From Geopsychrobacteraceae bacterium (GTDB lineage: Bacteria; Desulfobacterota; Desulfuromonadia; Desulfuromonadales; Geopsychrobacteraceae): a DNA stretch of 64,000 nucleotides. Positions 18,268 through 28,421 of this stretch are shown here, piece after piece. The notes beneath the pieces are model-generated. The model worked only from the letters and a program-made list of their open reading frames with translations. It had not been told where the DNA came from and made no database searches. Positions within the stretch are counted from its first letter, which is position 1. Every line of letters starts with the position of its first letter. The position numbers and the translations under genes are program-made. The stretch spans positions 1,600,001 through 1,664,000 of the forward strand of contig CAXXTB010000002.1 of the NCBI GenBank assembly GCA_963676795.2, written 5' to 3'.

Positions 18268-19401
18268 ATGCGGGAAACCAACCTGGCCCCCTATGCGGCC
18301 CACAGTTCGCAGAGTCGGGGCCGCCAGTATGAAGAACCCTACAAGGATGAGCGCCTTGCTTTTGAGCGTGATCGAGATCGTATTATTCATTGTGCCGCAT
18401 TTCGCCGCCTTGAATACAAAACCCAGGTATTTGTCAATCATGAGGGGGATTACTACCGCACACGTTTGACTCACTCTCTCGAGGTCGCCCAGATCGCCCG
18501 GGGTATCGCCAGGAACCTGCATCTCAACGAAGATCTGGTCGAGGCATTGTCTCTTTCTCATGATCTTGGCCATACGCCATTCGGTCATACCGGGGAGACG
18601 GTACTGAATCGCTTAATGGCCGATTTTGGTGGTTTTGAGCACAATCAGCAGTCTCTGCGTATCGTGGAAGTCCTGGAACAGCGCTATCCGGGCTTTGACG
18701 GTCTCAACCTGAGCTGGGAAACCCGTGAAGGAATCATCAAGCATTCATCCGACTACGACAGAGCGACCCATAGGGCGGTAGCTCCGTTTCACCCCGAATT
18801 GAGGCCGACCCTGGAGGCACAGATTATCGACCTTGCCGATGAGATCGCCTATAATAATCACGATATTGACGATGGTTTGAAGTCCGGCTATATAAAGCTC
18901 AAGGAACTCGAAGCGGTTGAGCTCTGGCAGAAAACCTTTAGTGCTGTCGGTCAGAAGTTTCCGGAACTTGACGAAAAACGTCACGTTCTGCAGACGATCA
19001 GTTTCCTGATCGGCACGCTGATCAAGGATCTTGTTGCGACAACCCAGGAGAATCTGAATCGGGAGCGCATAGGGTCTCTGGCTGATGTCAGAGTCCATGC
19101 CAGCAACCTGGTCAGCTTCAGTGCGGAGATGCGTGGCCTGAACAAACAGCTCAAGGCCTTTCTTTACAAACGGCTTTACCGCCATCACAAGGTTGAGCTG
19201 ATGCGGGTCAAAGCAGAGAGATTTCTGACCCTGCTGTTTGAGAATTACCTGAAAAACCCGTCACTGTTACCGGAACGGCAGCAGTCTCGGTTTGAAAACG
19301 TTGGAACCGAACGTGTCATTTGTGATTACATCGCCAGTATGACCGATCGCTTTGCTCAGGATGAGTACAAGCGGCTCTATGAACCTTTTGAACGTGCATG
19401 A
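18268..19401 (+). CDS. dgt: Deoxyguanosinetriphosphate triphosphohydrolase (HD domain)
   Basis: FERDRDRIIH..FRRLEYKTQVF, RTRLTHSLEV, HDLGHTPFGH, DEIAY..HDIDD, DYIASMTDRFA. Confidence 0.95.
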   Translation: MRETNLAPYAAHSSQSRGRQYEEPYKDERLAFERDRDRIIHCAAFRRLEYKTQVFVNHEGDYYRTRLTHSLEVAQIARGIARNLHLNEDLVEALSLSHDLGHTPFGHTGETVLNRLMADFGGFEHNQQSLRIVEVLEQRYPGFDGLNLSWETREGIIKHSSDYDRATHRAVAPFHPELRPTLEAQIIDLADEIAYNNHDIDDGLKSGYIKLKELEAVELWQKTFSAVGQKFPELDEKRHVLQTISFLIGTLIKDLVATTQENLNRERIGSLADVRVHASNLVSFSAEMRGLNKQLKAFLYKRLYRHHKVELMRVKAERFLTLLFENYLKNPSLLPERQQSRFENVGTERVICDYIASMTDRFAQDEYKRLYEPFERA

Positions 19402-19522
19402 CGTCGCAAAAACTCATCAACTGCTGTGTTGCAGCAATGATATCGCAGCTTCGACGTACGTAAGTACGCCTCATTGCTCAATCATTACGCGCCTTGCATT
19501 TGCTGTTTTTTGCTTAGCCATC
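19398..19522. repeat. REP/MITE-like palindromic element (~125 bp)
   Basis: Imperfect terminal inverted repeats ATGACGTCGCAAAAA ... TTTTTTGCTTAGCCAT with central hairpin GACGTAC-GTAA-GTACGCC; resembles dispersed deltaproteobacterial repeats (recalled). Confidence 0.6.
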
Positions 19523-19553
19523 CATTTTGATACAATTTGCGAAAGCATCATTT

Positions 19554-20045
19554 ATGTCTGAAAAAATATACCTGACCCCGGCCTGTGCTGAAAAATATCG
19601 CCAGGAAATCAAAACCCTGCTGTATGATGAGCGGCCCAAAATGGTCGAAACCGTCGCCTGGGCCGCCTCCAACGGCGATCGCTCAGAAAATGCCGATTAT
19701 CAGTACGGCAAGAGGCGCCTGCGCCAGATCGACGGCAGAATTCATCATCTGCAGAAAAAACTCGAAAAGGCGGATGTTGTCGATCCGGTTCAGCAGGGGG
19801 CAATTGCCAAGGGGCGGATTCTGTTCGGTTGTAGCGTAACCGTTGAAAATGAAGATGGCGAGGAGCGGCGCTTTTCGATTGTCGGGGCTGATGAAATCGA
19901 TCTGGAGCGGGGGCATATCAGTTGGACATCGCCCATCGGGCGTGCCTTACTCGGACACCGGGAAGGGGATCTGGTCAGTGTTAATACGCCCGGCGGTCTG
20001 GAAGAGTATGAGGTGATCGAGGTCGCTTACCTGCCGCTTGATTGA
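19554..20045 (+). CDS. greB: Transcription elongation factor GreB
   Basis: ERPKMVETVAWAASNGDRSENADYQYGKRRLRQID, ISWTSPIGRALLG. Confidence 0.95.
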   Translation: MSEKIYLTPACAEKYRQEIKTLLYDERPKMVETVAWAASNGDRSENADYQYGKRRLRQIDGRIHHLQKKLEKADVVDPVQQGAIAKGRILFGCSVTVENEDGEERRFSIVGADEIDLERGHISWTSPIGRALLGHREGDLVSVNTPGGLEEYEVIEVAYLPLD

Positions 20046-20047
20046 CC

Positions 20048-20689
20048 TCAGTAGCCTTTTTTGTGATGTTGCCCCTTTTTGAGAGTGTAACCGGACGCTT
20101 TGACCCATGTCTTCATCGCCGTCAGCTCTGCATAGGTCAGATTCGGCCTGAGGATCTCGCTCGCTTGTTGGCGGTAGGTTCTGATTTCGGCAAATAGATG
20201 ACTGAGCAACTGGAGTTCCCGCTGAGCCCGATGATCGTCGACCATCGGCTGCATCTCCTCAAGCATCCTGAACACAGTTTTGACCTGTCCCCCCAACAGG
20301 GTTCCCAGGGTGACGACCGATCCGCAAGCAACGGCTGCGATCAGAGCGCCGGCCAGCGGCTGGTGCATGCCGTAGACGAGAAAACAGTAACTGGCCAGCA
20401 TCATAATACCCGTGACGATGACAAGCAGCGGAATTTTAAAACGCTTCGAGGATGGGTCCTGTCTGGCGGCCAGCAGCAGAGCAACGACGATACTGCTGAC
20501 AGCGACTCCCAGAACTCCCCGCCCGGAAAGTAGACCGAAAAAATAAAGGGCGCAAAAGACGACCAGATGCAGGCAATCGGACAGCCCTGCATACTTGAGA
20601 AGAGCTCGGCGTTTAGCAAGCAGTTCGGACTTGATTTGCCTGAGCTGAGCCGCCGTTGGCGGCTCGTTGAGAATATTGAACTGGAACAT
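20048..20689 (-). CDS. Hypothetical membrane protein (~4 TM)
   Basis: 213-aa ORF with four hydrophobic segments; no recognised motif. Confidence 0.65.
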   Translation of the reverse strand: MFQFNILNEPPTAAQLRQIKSELLAKRRALLKYAGLSDCLHLVVFCALYFFGLLSGRGVLGVAVSSIVVALLLAARQDPSSKRFKIPLLVIVTGIMMLASYCFLVYGMHQPLAGALIAAVACGSVVTLGTLLGGQVKTVFRMLEEMQPMVDDHRAQRELQLLSHLFAEIRTYRQQASEILRPNLTYAELTAMKTWVKASGYTLKKGQHHKKGY

Positions 20690-20709
20690 GCTGCGACTGG
20701 ACTCTGCTA

Positions 20710-21003
20710 TTATTTCGGTAAAACGATCTTCTGTTCTTCGCTGGGACGATAAAGTAAAATGATGCGTCCCAGAATCTGGGCAATATCGGCCTGAGTCGCT
20801 TCCGCAAGTTCAGCAGCAACATCTTTACGATCCGAGATGCAACCTTCCTGAATCCTGACCTTGATCAATTCATGGGCTGTCAACGCTTCGTCAGTCGCCG
20901 CAACGACGGCTTCATTGATTTCTTCTTTGCCGATCATGACGACCGGTTGCAGATGATGGCCCAAACCACGCAGGTAACGAACCTGCTTTCCAGTTAATGA
21001 CAT
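20710..21003 (-). CDS. yhbY: Ribosome assembly RNA-binding protein YhbY (CRM domain)
   Basis: LTGKQVRYLRGLGHHLQPVVMIGK, HELIKVRI, QILGRIILLYR; start refined to 21003. Confidence 0.94.
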   Translation of the reverse strand: MSLTGKQVRYLRGLGHHLQPVVMIGKEEINEAVVAATDEALTAHELIKVRIQEGCISDRKDVAAELAEATQADIAQILGRIILLYRPSEEQKIVLPK

Positions 21004-21020
21004 ACGTACTCCGTAAGTTG

Positions 21021-21344
21021 TTATAGAAACAAACCGGCAAGCCAGTAGAGAAACATTCCGAGAATGACTGTCCCGCCGAGACTTCTTGTTTTCAGCGCAA
21101 ACAGCAGCGTCGGTATAGCAACCAGCAGCTCTGTCTTGCCGAATGAAAATGTTCTGTGAACCGTATCTGCAAAGAGAATCGGCGCAAGCAGCGCGCTTAA
21201 GATGGCAACCGGAATGAGACTCAACCAGTCGATCAGCCATTGAGGCAGCTTTTTGTGAGCCAGATAGGTCAGGGGAACCGCGCGAGGAAGGTATGTTACC
21301 AGTCCCATGCCAATAAATAAATAGAGGTAATCAGCAAATTTCAT
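21021..21344 (-). CDS. azlD: AzlD domain branched-chain amino acid exporter subunit
   Basis: GMGLVTYLPR..P, IPVAILSALLAP, KTRSL. Confidence 0.88.
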   Translation of the reverse strand: MKFADYLYLFIGMGLVTYLPRAVPLTYLAHKKLPQWLIDWLSLIPVAILSALLAPILFADTVHRTFSFGKTELLVAIPTLLFALKTRSLGGTVILGMFLYWLAGLFL

Positions 21345-22041
21345 CTTTTTTACTGTTCCTCCTCTTGATCAGGTAGCCGATTGTCGCACTTGTGACCGAT
21401 GCCACAATGATATAGGAGTTGCCGGGGACCAGCAGATACCAGACAACGGAAACAATCAGGGCGGTGATTGCGGTGATAACGTAAATCGAACCATTGAGCT
21501 GAAAGACCAGCAGGCAGATAAACATGCCGATCAGAGCGTAATCGATGCCGAAGGCGCCCTGGGGGATGAACTGGCCAACAAGAACACCGACGATAGTTGA
21601 AACAAGCCAGACCAGATTGGCCAAGTGATTGACGACAAGGGCACGACATCGGTCCCACTGCCCACTGCGAAAGCGGGTCATATTGACGGCAAAGCTTTCG
21701 TCAGTCAGTCCGTATGAAAAAAGCAGCAGAAAGCTTCTTTTTACGCCGCTCAGATAAACGGCCATGGCAGAACTCATCAGCAGGTGACGCAGGTTGACCA
21801 TGAAGGTGGTCAGTATAATAGCTGACGGCGATGCTGCAGCTGCCAGCATGGCGACACAGATGAATTGTGCGCTGCCGGCAAAGACCAGCAGGGACATCAT
21901 GCCTACAGCCCACCAGGGCAGACCGGCCTGTTGAGCAAGAACCCCGAGAGCCAACCCAACGGGAATATAGCCCAGGCAGATTGGCCAGGCGGCAAGTGAA
22001 CCCTGCCTGATGATCTTATGCACTCGAAGGTTTCCATTCAT
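21331..22041 (-). CDS. azlC: AzlC family amino acid exporter
   Basis: PICLGYIPVG, FAGSAQF, VNLRH, LTDESFAV, GIDYAL. Confidence 0.9.
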   Translation of the reverse strand: MNGNLRVHKIIRQGSLAAWPICLGYIPVGLALGVLAQQAGLPWWAVGMMSLLVFAGSAQFICVAMLAAAASPSAIILTTFMVNLRHLLMSSAMAVYLSGVKRSFLLLFSYGLTDESFAVNMTRFRSGQWDRCRALVVNHLANLVWLVSTIVGVLVGQFIPQGAFGIDYALIGMFICLLVFQLNGSIYVITAITALIVSVVWYLLVPGNSYIIVASVTSATIGYLIKRRNSKKDEIC

Positions 22042-22106
22042 AGGCGCAAGAATAAACCTTACAAAAAGAAAGACAAGGTGCAATTGAAGCAGAAAGGTAC
22101 GGACAC

Positions 22107-22145
22107 AAAAAAACAGCAGGGTTCCATTGGATACCCCTGCTGTTT
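22107..22145 (-). terminator. Intrinsic terminator after ABC transporter operon
   Basis: AAACAGCAGGG...CCCTGCTGTTT stem followed by U-tract on minus strand. Confidence 0.75.
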
Positions 22146-22167
22146 ATGAACCAATTATAAGTTGATA

Positions 22168-22902
22168 TTAAAGCACTTGCTTAAGGAATGCCTTGGCTCT
22201 TTCTTCTTTTGGCTCGGTAAAAAAGTGCTCAGGGGTTCCTTCTTCGACCAGCTTGCCCTGATCCATGAACAGGACGCGGTCAGCAACCTCCCGGGCAAAG
22301 CCCATTTCGTGGGTGACCACAACCATGGTCATTCCCTCACGGGCCAGTTGTTTCATAACCTCAAGAACCTCGCCAACCATCTCAGGGTCGAGTGCGCTGG
22401 TCGGCTCGTCGAAAAGCATGACCTTGGGGTCCATAGCCAGGGCCCTGGCTATGGCAACACGTTGCTGCTGGCCACCCGACAGACGGTTTGGATATTCCTT
22501 TTCCTTTTCGGCAATGCCGACCTTCTTCAAAAGTTCTCGTCCCTTGGCTTCAGCCTCGCTGCGGCTGCGTTTGCGGACGACCTGCTGGGCGAGAACCAGG
22601 TTTTCCAGTACGGTCTTATGCGGGAACAGGTTGAACTGCTGAAAGACCATGCCGACTTCGCGACGCACCTTGTTGAGATCGGTCGTTTTAGCGGCCAGAT
22701 CGACTCCGTCGACATAGATATGTCCGGAGCTGAGTGTTTCAAGGCCGTTCAGGCAGCGCAGGTAGGTCGATTTGCCCGATCCTGAAGGTCCGATAATGAC
22801 AACGACTTCGCCAGTCTGGATGTGCGCTGTAATACCGTCGACTGCATAGACGGTCTGCCCGCGGCCTACGAAACTTTTCTTTAAATCAACTGTCTTAATC
22901 AC
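22168..22902 (-). CDS. Polar amino acid ABC transporter ATP-binding protein (GlnQ-like)
   Basis: [48 protein letters not shown] start 22902. Confidence 0.95.
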   Translation of the reverse strand: MIKTVDLKKSFVGRGQTVYAVDGITAHIQTGEVVVIIGPSGSGKSTYLRCLNGLETLSSGHIYVDGVDLAAKTTDLNKVRREVGMVFQQFNLFPHKTVLENLVLAQQVVRKRSRSEAEAKGRELLKKVGIAEKEKEYPNRLSGGQQQRVAIARALAMDPKVMLFDEPTSALDPEMVGEVLEVMKQLAREGMTMVVVTHEMGFAREVADRVLFMDQGKLVEEGTPEHFFTEPKEERAKAFLKQVL

Positions 22903-23887
22903 TGACGGCGAGCCTCCGTTCAACCCATGCAATAACCTGCGACAGGGAAAGGGTCATTATGAGATAGAGCAATGCAACGACAAACCAGATCTCAAAGGTG
23001 GCGAATGTCGAGGTAATGACTTCCCGTCCGCTCTTTGACAGTTCAGTAATGGCGATGATCGAAAGCAATGAGGAATCCTTGATCAGGCTGATAAACTGTC
23101 CGGCCAGAGGCGGCAGGGTGCGCTTGAAGGCCTGCGGAAGAATGATGTAAATCATCGCCTGCGCCGAGTTCATGCCCAGCGAGCGAGCCGCTTCCATCTG
23201 ACCACGGGGGATCGACTGAATACCGGCGCGGATGATCTCCGCGACGTAGGCTCCGGCAAAGACCGACAAGGCCGCAACACCCGCAACCAGACGGTCGATA
23301 TTGAAAACGGTGCCGATGAAGAAGTAAGCGATGAAAATCTGAACGAGCAGAGGCGTGCCACGAATGATTTCGATATAGATGATCGACAGGCTGCGCAGGG
23401 TCGGATTTTTAGCAATCCGGCACAGGCCGGTGATCAGGCCGATGAGAATGCCAAAGACGCTGGATACGGCAGAGATCCAGAGCGTTGTCCAGAGGCCTTT
23501 CAGGAGCGGGCCTGCCATCCAGCTGAAGCTTGAACCGACACGGTCACCGGCAAACAAGTCTTCACCCTCATCGACATTCAGATGTTCCGTGTCTACGGTA
23601 AACATACTGGTTTCATCGAACTCGTTGACGTAGGTGACAACAGATTTTTTACCCGAGGTCGCAATCGACTCGACCCGTCCATCTGCAGCAACCCTGTGTT
23701 CAACTTCATGATGATAGATAAAGTACTGGGGCACCCGGTTCCAGTTCCAGGTGTAATCGATCTTTTTCGTAGCCACATAGAGCCCGGCGCCCAGCGCGAC
23801 CAGGATGACCAGAGTCAGCAGCTGCCAACTCATATTTTTCGAATTATTATTCACCTTCTCTAGGTCCTGACTTTGAGGGGGATTCAA
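22895..23887 (-). CDS. Polar amino acid ABC transporter permease
   Basis: [39 protein letters not shown]; exact start uncertain. Confidence 0.93.
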   Translation of the reverse strand: MNPPQSQDLEKVNNNSKNMSWQLLTLVILVALGAGLYVATKKIDYTWNWNRVPQYFIYHHEVEHRVAADGRVESIATSGKKSVVTYVNEFDETSMFTVDTEHLNVDEGEDLFAGDRVGSSFSWMAGPLLKGLWTTLWISAVSSVFGILIGLITGLCRIAKNPTLRSLSIIYIEIIRGTPLLVQIFIAYFFIGTVFNIDRLVAGVAALSVFAGAYVAEIIRAGIQSIPRGQMEAARSLGMNSAQAMIYIILPQAFKRTLPPLAGQFISLIKDSSLLSIIAITELSKSGREVITSTFATFEIWFVVALLYLIMTLSLSQVIAWVERRLAVSD

Positions 23888-23890
23888 AAC

Positions 23891-23922
23891 GATGGGGAAA
23901 CGGCCATGGCCATCTCCCCATC
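23891..23922. other. Intercistronic hairpin between binding protein and permease genes
   Basis: GATGGGGA...TCCCCATC stem with inner GGCC-AT-GGCC. Confidence 0.5.
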
Positions 23923-23948
23923 TTCTTTCCTGTGCTCGCGGCCCTGGA

Positions 23949-24752
23949 TTATTCCTGGATCTGCTTTAGCCAGGCGTCACTCTTGAACCATTTTTCATAG
24001 ATTTTGTCGTAGGTGCCATCGCTCTTGATCTGGCTCATAAAGTTGTTGAGCCAGTTCAGATAATCAGGATTGCCTTTGCGCACCGCCCAGGCCAGTGGCT
24101 CGTAAGTGAAAGGCTGATCGAGAAAAACCAGTTTGCCGTTATTTTTCTCGGCATTGGCGATGGCCATGTAGGGCAGGTCGTAGACAAAGGCGTCGATCTT
24201 GCCGTTGACCAGATCCATGACACCTTCCTGCTCGGTTTCAAAGGAGATATAGCTTGCTTTCGGGATCATGCGTTTGGTGGCCTGCTCGCCAGTGGTTCCC
24301 AGCTTGGACGCAACCTTGTACTTTGGATCGTTGAGGTCGCGATAGGTCTTGACCTCGTTGGCATATTCTTTTTTGACCAGGATGCTCTGGCCGACAACGA
24401 TATATGGGCTGGCAAAGGCAACCTTCAGATTACGTTCCTGGGTCAGGGTCATGCCGCTCATGATGATGTCGTACTTGTCGGTAATCAGCCCCGGGATGAT
24501 GCCATCCCATGCAGTACTGACCAGTTCCAGTTTGACGCCCATGGCTTTAGCCATGCGCTTGGCGATGTCAACGTCAAAGCCGATGATTTCACCTTTCTGA
24601 TTGGTCATTTCAAACGGCATATAGCCTGGTTCCATTCCGACCCGCAGGGTGCCGCGCGCGACGATGTCGTCAAGGGCGTCAGCCGAAGCAAAACTCGGCA
24701 ATAACAGGGTCGCAGCGAAAAGACATAACAACACAAATTTAAACTTTCTCAT
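23949..24752 (-). CDS. Polar amino acid ABC transporter substrate-binding protein (family 3)
   Basis: Signal peptide, RGTLRVG..PFE..GFDVDIA, WDGIIPGL, SGMTLTQER; start refined to 24752. Confidence 0.94.
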   Translation of the reverse strand: MRKFKFVLLCLFAATLLLPSFASADALDDIVARGTLRVGMEPGYMPFEMTNQKGEIIGFDVDIAKRMAKAMGVKLELVSTAWDGIIPGLITDKYDIIMSGMTLTQERNLKVAFASPYIVVGQSILVKKEYANEVKTYRDLNDPKYKVASKLGTTGEQATKRMIPKASYISFETEQEGVMDLVNGKIDAFVYDLPYMAIANAEKNNGKLVFLDQPFTYEPLAWAVRKGNPDYLNWLNNFMSQIKSDGTYDKIYEKWFKSDAWLKQIQE

Positions 24753-24805
24753 CCTCAACCTCCTCAGGTTTCTGTGTGGGCCTGCTTGGTGTGCAGATTT
24801 CGGGT

Positions 24806-24970
24806 TCAATAGGATTTTCCTTCATCTAACAGTTCGGAAATTGACATGCGTATATTGCATTTGGGACATAACGGCAGATCTTCAACGGGAAGATAGATGA
24901 TCTCTGTATAGCGGCAACGCGGACAGATGACTTCGACGGGTTCTTTTCTGGAACGATCGTGATTTTCCAT
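24806..24970 (-). CDS. Small Zn-ribbon protein (CxxC...CxxC)
   Basis: ICPRC...LCPKC in ~54 aa; AAGGAG upstream. Confidence 0.75.
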   Translation of the reverse strand: MENHDRSRKEPVEVICPRCRYTEIIYLPVEDLPLCPKCNIRMSISELLDEGKSY

Positions 24971-25170
24971 GAAATACGCCATCTCCTTCATACAAAACAA
25001 ACATTTATAATACAATCTCTTGCTTATAGCATAAGGTTGTAGCTGCCTCAAGTGCAGAGATAGGACGTTTTTACAGGTGCCCACTTCCATAATATATCTT
25101 TACTTTCCAGGATTCTAAAGCTTAATATTGGCGGTTAATTATCTGGAAAACCACTTGAGCACGGATCTAC

Positions 25171-26970
25171 ATGAAACGCGAAAATATAAGAAATTTCTCG
25201 ATTATTGCCCACATAGACCACGGTAAATCAACCCTGGCCGACCGTCTTCTTGAAGCGACCGGTGCTTTAAGTGATCGCGAAAAGACCGATCAGTTCCTCG
25301 ATAAGATGGAGCTTGAAAAAGAGCGCGGCATTACCATCAAGGCCCAGGCCGTACGCCTGAACTACAAAGCGAAGGACGGTCAGGATTACATCCTGAATCT
25401 CATTGACACCCCGGGGCATGTCGACTTTTCGTATGAAGTCAGTCGCTCGCTGTCGGCCTGCGAGGGTGCTATGCTGGTTGTTGATGCCGCCCAGGGGGTT
25501 GAGGCCCAGACTCTGGCCAACGTCTATATGGCCCTGGATCAGGATCTGGAGATCTTTCCGGTTCTGAACAAGATCGACCTGCCTAGCGCCGAACCTGAAC
25601 GCGTCAAAGAAGAGATCGAGGAGATTATCGGCCTTGATGCCGGCGATGCGATCCTGGCCAGCGCCAAGGCTGGTATCGGCATCAACGATATCCTGGAAAC
25701 CATCGTCGCCAAGATTCCCGCGCCGAAGGGGGACGCCTCCGCTCCGCTGAAAGCCCTGACCTTCGATTCCTGGTATGACTCCTACCAGGGGGTCATTATC
25801 CTGGTCCGTATCGTTGACGGTTGCGTCAAAAAAGGGGACAAGATCAAGCTGATGGCGACCGGTGGGGTCTATGAAGTTCAGAAGGTCGGCGCCTATTCTC
25901 CCCATCCGGTGGAGTTGCCGGAACTGAGTGCCGGAGAGGTCGGTTTTATCATTGCCGGTATCAAGGTCGTTGAGGATGCCAAGGTCGGTGATACCATCAC
26001 CCTGCTGCACAATCCTGCCGCGAAGGCACTTCCTGGCTACCAGGAAGTCAAGCCGATGGTCTTTTCCGGGCTCTATCCGATTGATTCGGCCGATTACGAC
26101 GCCCTGCGCGATGCTCTGGAAAAACTGCGCCTCAATGATGCAGCTTTCTCCTTTGAACCGGAGAATTCGCTGGCCCTGGGTTTTGGTTTCCGTTGCGGCT
26201 TCCTTGGTCTTTTGCATATGGAGATCATTCAGGAACGCCTCGAGCGCGAGTTCAACATTGAACTGATCACCACGGCACCAACGGTTGTCTATCATGTGAC
26301 GACAACCAAGGGCGCACTGCTCAAAGTTGAGAGCGCCAACATGCTACCTGATGCGCAACTTATTGAAAAAATTGAAGAACCTTTCGTTTTGGCCTCGATT
26401 CACGTACCGAACGAATTCGTCGGCGCTGTCCTGAGTCTGTGTATCGAAAAACGTGGCTTGCAGCGGGAGATCAAATACCTGACCGCGCAGCGGGTCATGG
26501 TTCTCTACGAGTTGCCGCTCAATGAAATCGTTCTCGACTTCTTTGACCGGCTCAAGTCGATCACCCGCGGCTATGCCTCCTTTGATTATGAGCACCTCGA
26601 TTTCAGGATCAGCAAGCTGGTGCGCCTCAATGTTCTGATCAATGGGGATGTCGTCGACGCGCTGTCGCTGATCGTTCATCAGGATAAAGCTCAGTTCCGT
26701 GGTCGCGAGCTGGTCGAAAAGATGAAGGAATTCATTCCGCGCCAGCAGTACGAGGTGGCTATTCAGGCCGCTATCGGCAACAAGGTCATCGCCCGTTCGA
26801 CCGTCAAGGCCTTAAGAAAAGACGTTACCGCGAAGTGTTATGGTGGTGATATTACCCGTAAACGCAAGCTTCTTGAAAAGCAGAAGGCAGGTAAGAAACG
26901 GATGAAGCAGATTGGTAGCGTTGAGCTGCCTCAGGAAGCTTTTCTTGCAATCCTTAAAGTCAAAGAGTAG
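25171..26970 (+). CDS. lepA: Translation elongation factor 4
   Basis: [57 protein letters not shown]. Confidence 0.99.
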   Translation: MKRENIRNFSIIAHIDHGKSTLADRLLEATGALSDREKTDQFLDKMELEKERGITIKAQAVRLNYKAKDGQDYILNLIDTPGHVDFSYEVSRSLSACEGAMLVVDAAQGVEAQTLANVYMALDQDLEIFPVLNKIDLPSAEPERVKEEIEEIIGLDAGDAILASAKAGIGINDILETIVAKIPAPKGDASAPLKALTFDSWYDSYQGVIILVRIVDGCVKKGDKIKLMATGGVYEVQKVGAYSPHPVELPELSAGEVGFIIAGIKVVEDAKVGDTITLLHNPAAKALPGYQEVKPMVFSGLYPIDSADYDALRDALEKLRLNDAAFSFEPENSLALGFGFRCGFLGLLHMEIIQERLEREFNIELITTAPTVVYHVTTTKGALLKVESANMLPDAQLIEKIEEPFVLASIHVPNEFVGAVLSLCIEKRGLQREIKYLTAQRVMVLYELPLNEIVLDFFDRLKSITRGYASFDYEHLDFRISKLVRLNVLINGDVVDALSLIVHQDKAQFRGRELVEKMKEFIPRQQYEVAIQAAIGNKVIARSTVKALRKDVTAKCYGGDITRKRKLLEKQKAGKKRMKQIGSVELPQEAFLAILKVKE

Positions 26971-26974
26971 ACAA

Positions 26975-27652
26975 ATGCCGTTATTTAAGAAGAAATCTAC
27001 GCTGCTGGAGGGAAAAGCCATCAAAAAGGCCTGGTATCGCGAATGGTCTGAGGCACTGATCGTCGCTGTCGTTCTGGCGCTGATTATCAGGACCTTCCTG
27101 CTGCAGGCGTTCAAGATCCCTTCAGGGTCGATGCTCGACACTCTGCTGATCGGTGACCATCTGCTCGTCAACAAGTTCATCTATGGCACCAAGCTCCCTT
27201 TTGTAGATGGGCGTTTTCTGACCATCAGCACCCCGCAACGCGGAGATGTGATTGTTTTTGAATTTCCCGAAGACGCAGACAAGTCGTTCTTCAAGCGACG
27301 TGACTTCATCAAGCGTGTTGTCGGCGTTCCGGGCGATGTTGTTGAAATCAAGGCGAAACAGGTCTATATCAACGGCAAGCCGTTCAGTTTCCCGCAGGAG
27401 GTCCATAAGGATAGCGACATGATTCCTTCGGTCGCCAGCCCAAGGGATTTCATGGGGCCGGTCAGGGTCCCGGAAAACAACTATTTTGTCATGGGTGATA
27501 ATCGCGACTATTCCTACGACAGCCGCTTCTGGGGCTTTGTCAATTATTCGAAAATCAAGGGCAAGGCTTTGATCAAATACTGGTCCTGGGATTCAGAAGC
27601 AGACCTGTTGCACAAGATTCGCTTTGGCAGGATAGGGCGGCTGATAAAATAG
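26975..27652 (+). CDS. lepB: Signal peptidase I
   Basis: AFKIPSGSM..TL..GD, FIKRVVG.PGD, MGDNRDYSYDSRFWG. Confidence 0.96.
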   Translation: MPLFKKKSTLLEGKAIKKAWYREWSEALIVAVVLALIIRTFLLQAFKIPSGSMLDTLLIGDHLLVNKFIYGTKLPFVDGRFLTISTPQRGDVIVFEFPEDADKSFFKRRDFIKRVVGVPGDVVEIKAKQVYINGKPFSFPQEVHKDSDMIPSVASPRDFMGPVRVPENNYFVMGDNRDYSYDSRFWGFVNYSKIKGKALIKYWSWDSEADLLHKIRFGRIGRLIK

Positions 27653-27673
27653 TCGGAATTAATGATTCTGGCA

Positions 27674-27702
27674 TTGACTAAACTGGCGGAGATTGTTAAC
27701 TT
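27674..27702 (+). promoter_or_regulatory. sigma70 promoter of pyr operon
   Basis: TTGACT-17 nt-TAACTT with extended -10 TG. Confidence 0.6.
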
Positions 27703-27729
27703 CTCAGAAATTTTGTCCGCGTCAATTTT

Positions 27730-27765
27730 AACCCTTTAAACTGATCCGAGAGATCAGCAAGGGAG
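27730..27765 (+). promoter_or_regulatory. PyrR binding loop (attenuator RNA)
   Basis: CCCTTTAAACTGATCCGAGAGATCAGCAAGGG matches CUUUAA...UCCnGnGA-type PyrR loop, directly upstream of pyrR. Confidence 0.8.
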
Positions 27766-27803
27766 AGAAACTGTGCATCAATATAGCTGCCCCTATGAAT
27801 CAG

Positions 27804-27838
27804 AACACCCATGCCATTTACTGCATGGGTGTTTTTTT
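27804..27838 (+). terminator. Attenuator terminator in pyr leader
   Basis: AACACCCATGC-CATTTACT-GCATGGGTGTT followed by T-run, before pyrR start. Confidence 0.85.
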
Positions 27839-27866
27839 GTAACGAAACCTCAGTCCGGAGGTCCAT

Positions 27867-28403
27867 ATGGCAACGGAAACCATTGAAATTCTTGATTTTG
27901 AAGGCGTGAACCGGGCCTTAACCCGAATTGCCCATGAGATTCTGGAAAAGAACAAGGGGGTCGATGACCTTGTTCTGGTCGGTATCCGCACCGGTGGGTC
28001 CTTTCTTGCGGCTGAACTCAAACGTAAAATTGCTGAGATCGAACAGGCTGATGTCCCTCTCGGCAATATCGATATCAGCATGTATCGTGACGATCTCGGT
28101 TCCCGCAATAACCTGTCCGTTGGTCAGACCGACATTCTTTTTTCCCTGACAGATAAGAAGATCGTCCTGGTCGATGATGTCCTGTTTACCGGTAGAACGA
28201 TCCGCGCAGCAATGGATGCCATTATGGACCTTGGCCGTCCGCAGAACATTCAGCTGGCCATTCTGATCGACCGGGGACACAGGGAATTGCCGATCAGGCC
28301 TGACTATATCGGCCGCAACCTGCCGACAGCCCGAAGTGAACGCATCGAAGTCGTCTTCGACGAGCAGCACTCACCACGGGCCGTATCCCTGATTAGACGC
28401 TAA
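27867..28403 (+). CDS. pyrR: Pyrimidine operon attenuation protein / uracil phosphoribosyltransferase
   Basis: RIAHEILEKN, YRDD, LVDDVLFTGRTIRAAMDA, DRGHRELPIRPDYIG. Confidence 0.98.
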   Translation: MATETIEILDFEGVNRALTRIAHEILEKNKGVDDLVLVGIRTGGSFLAAELKRKIAEIEQADVPLGNIDISMYRDDLGSRNNLSVGQTDILFSLTDKKIVLVDDVLFTGRTIRAAMDAIMDLGRPQNIQLAILIDRGHRELPIRPDYIGRNLPTARSERIEVVFDEQHSPRAVSLIRR

Positions 28404-28421
28404 AGGCGGAGGCACTAATCG

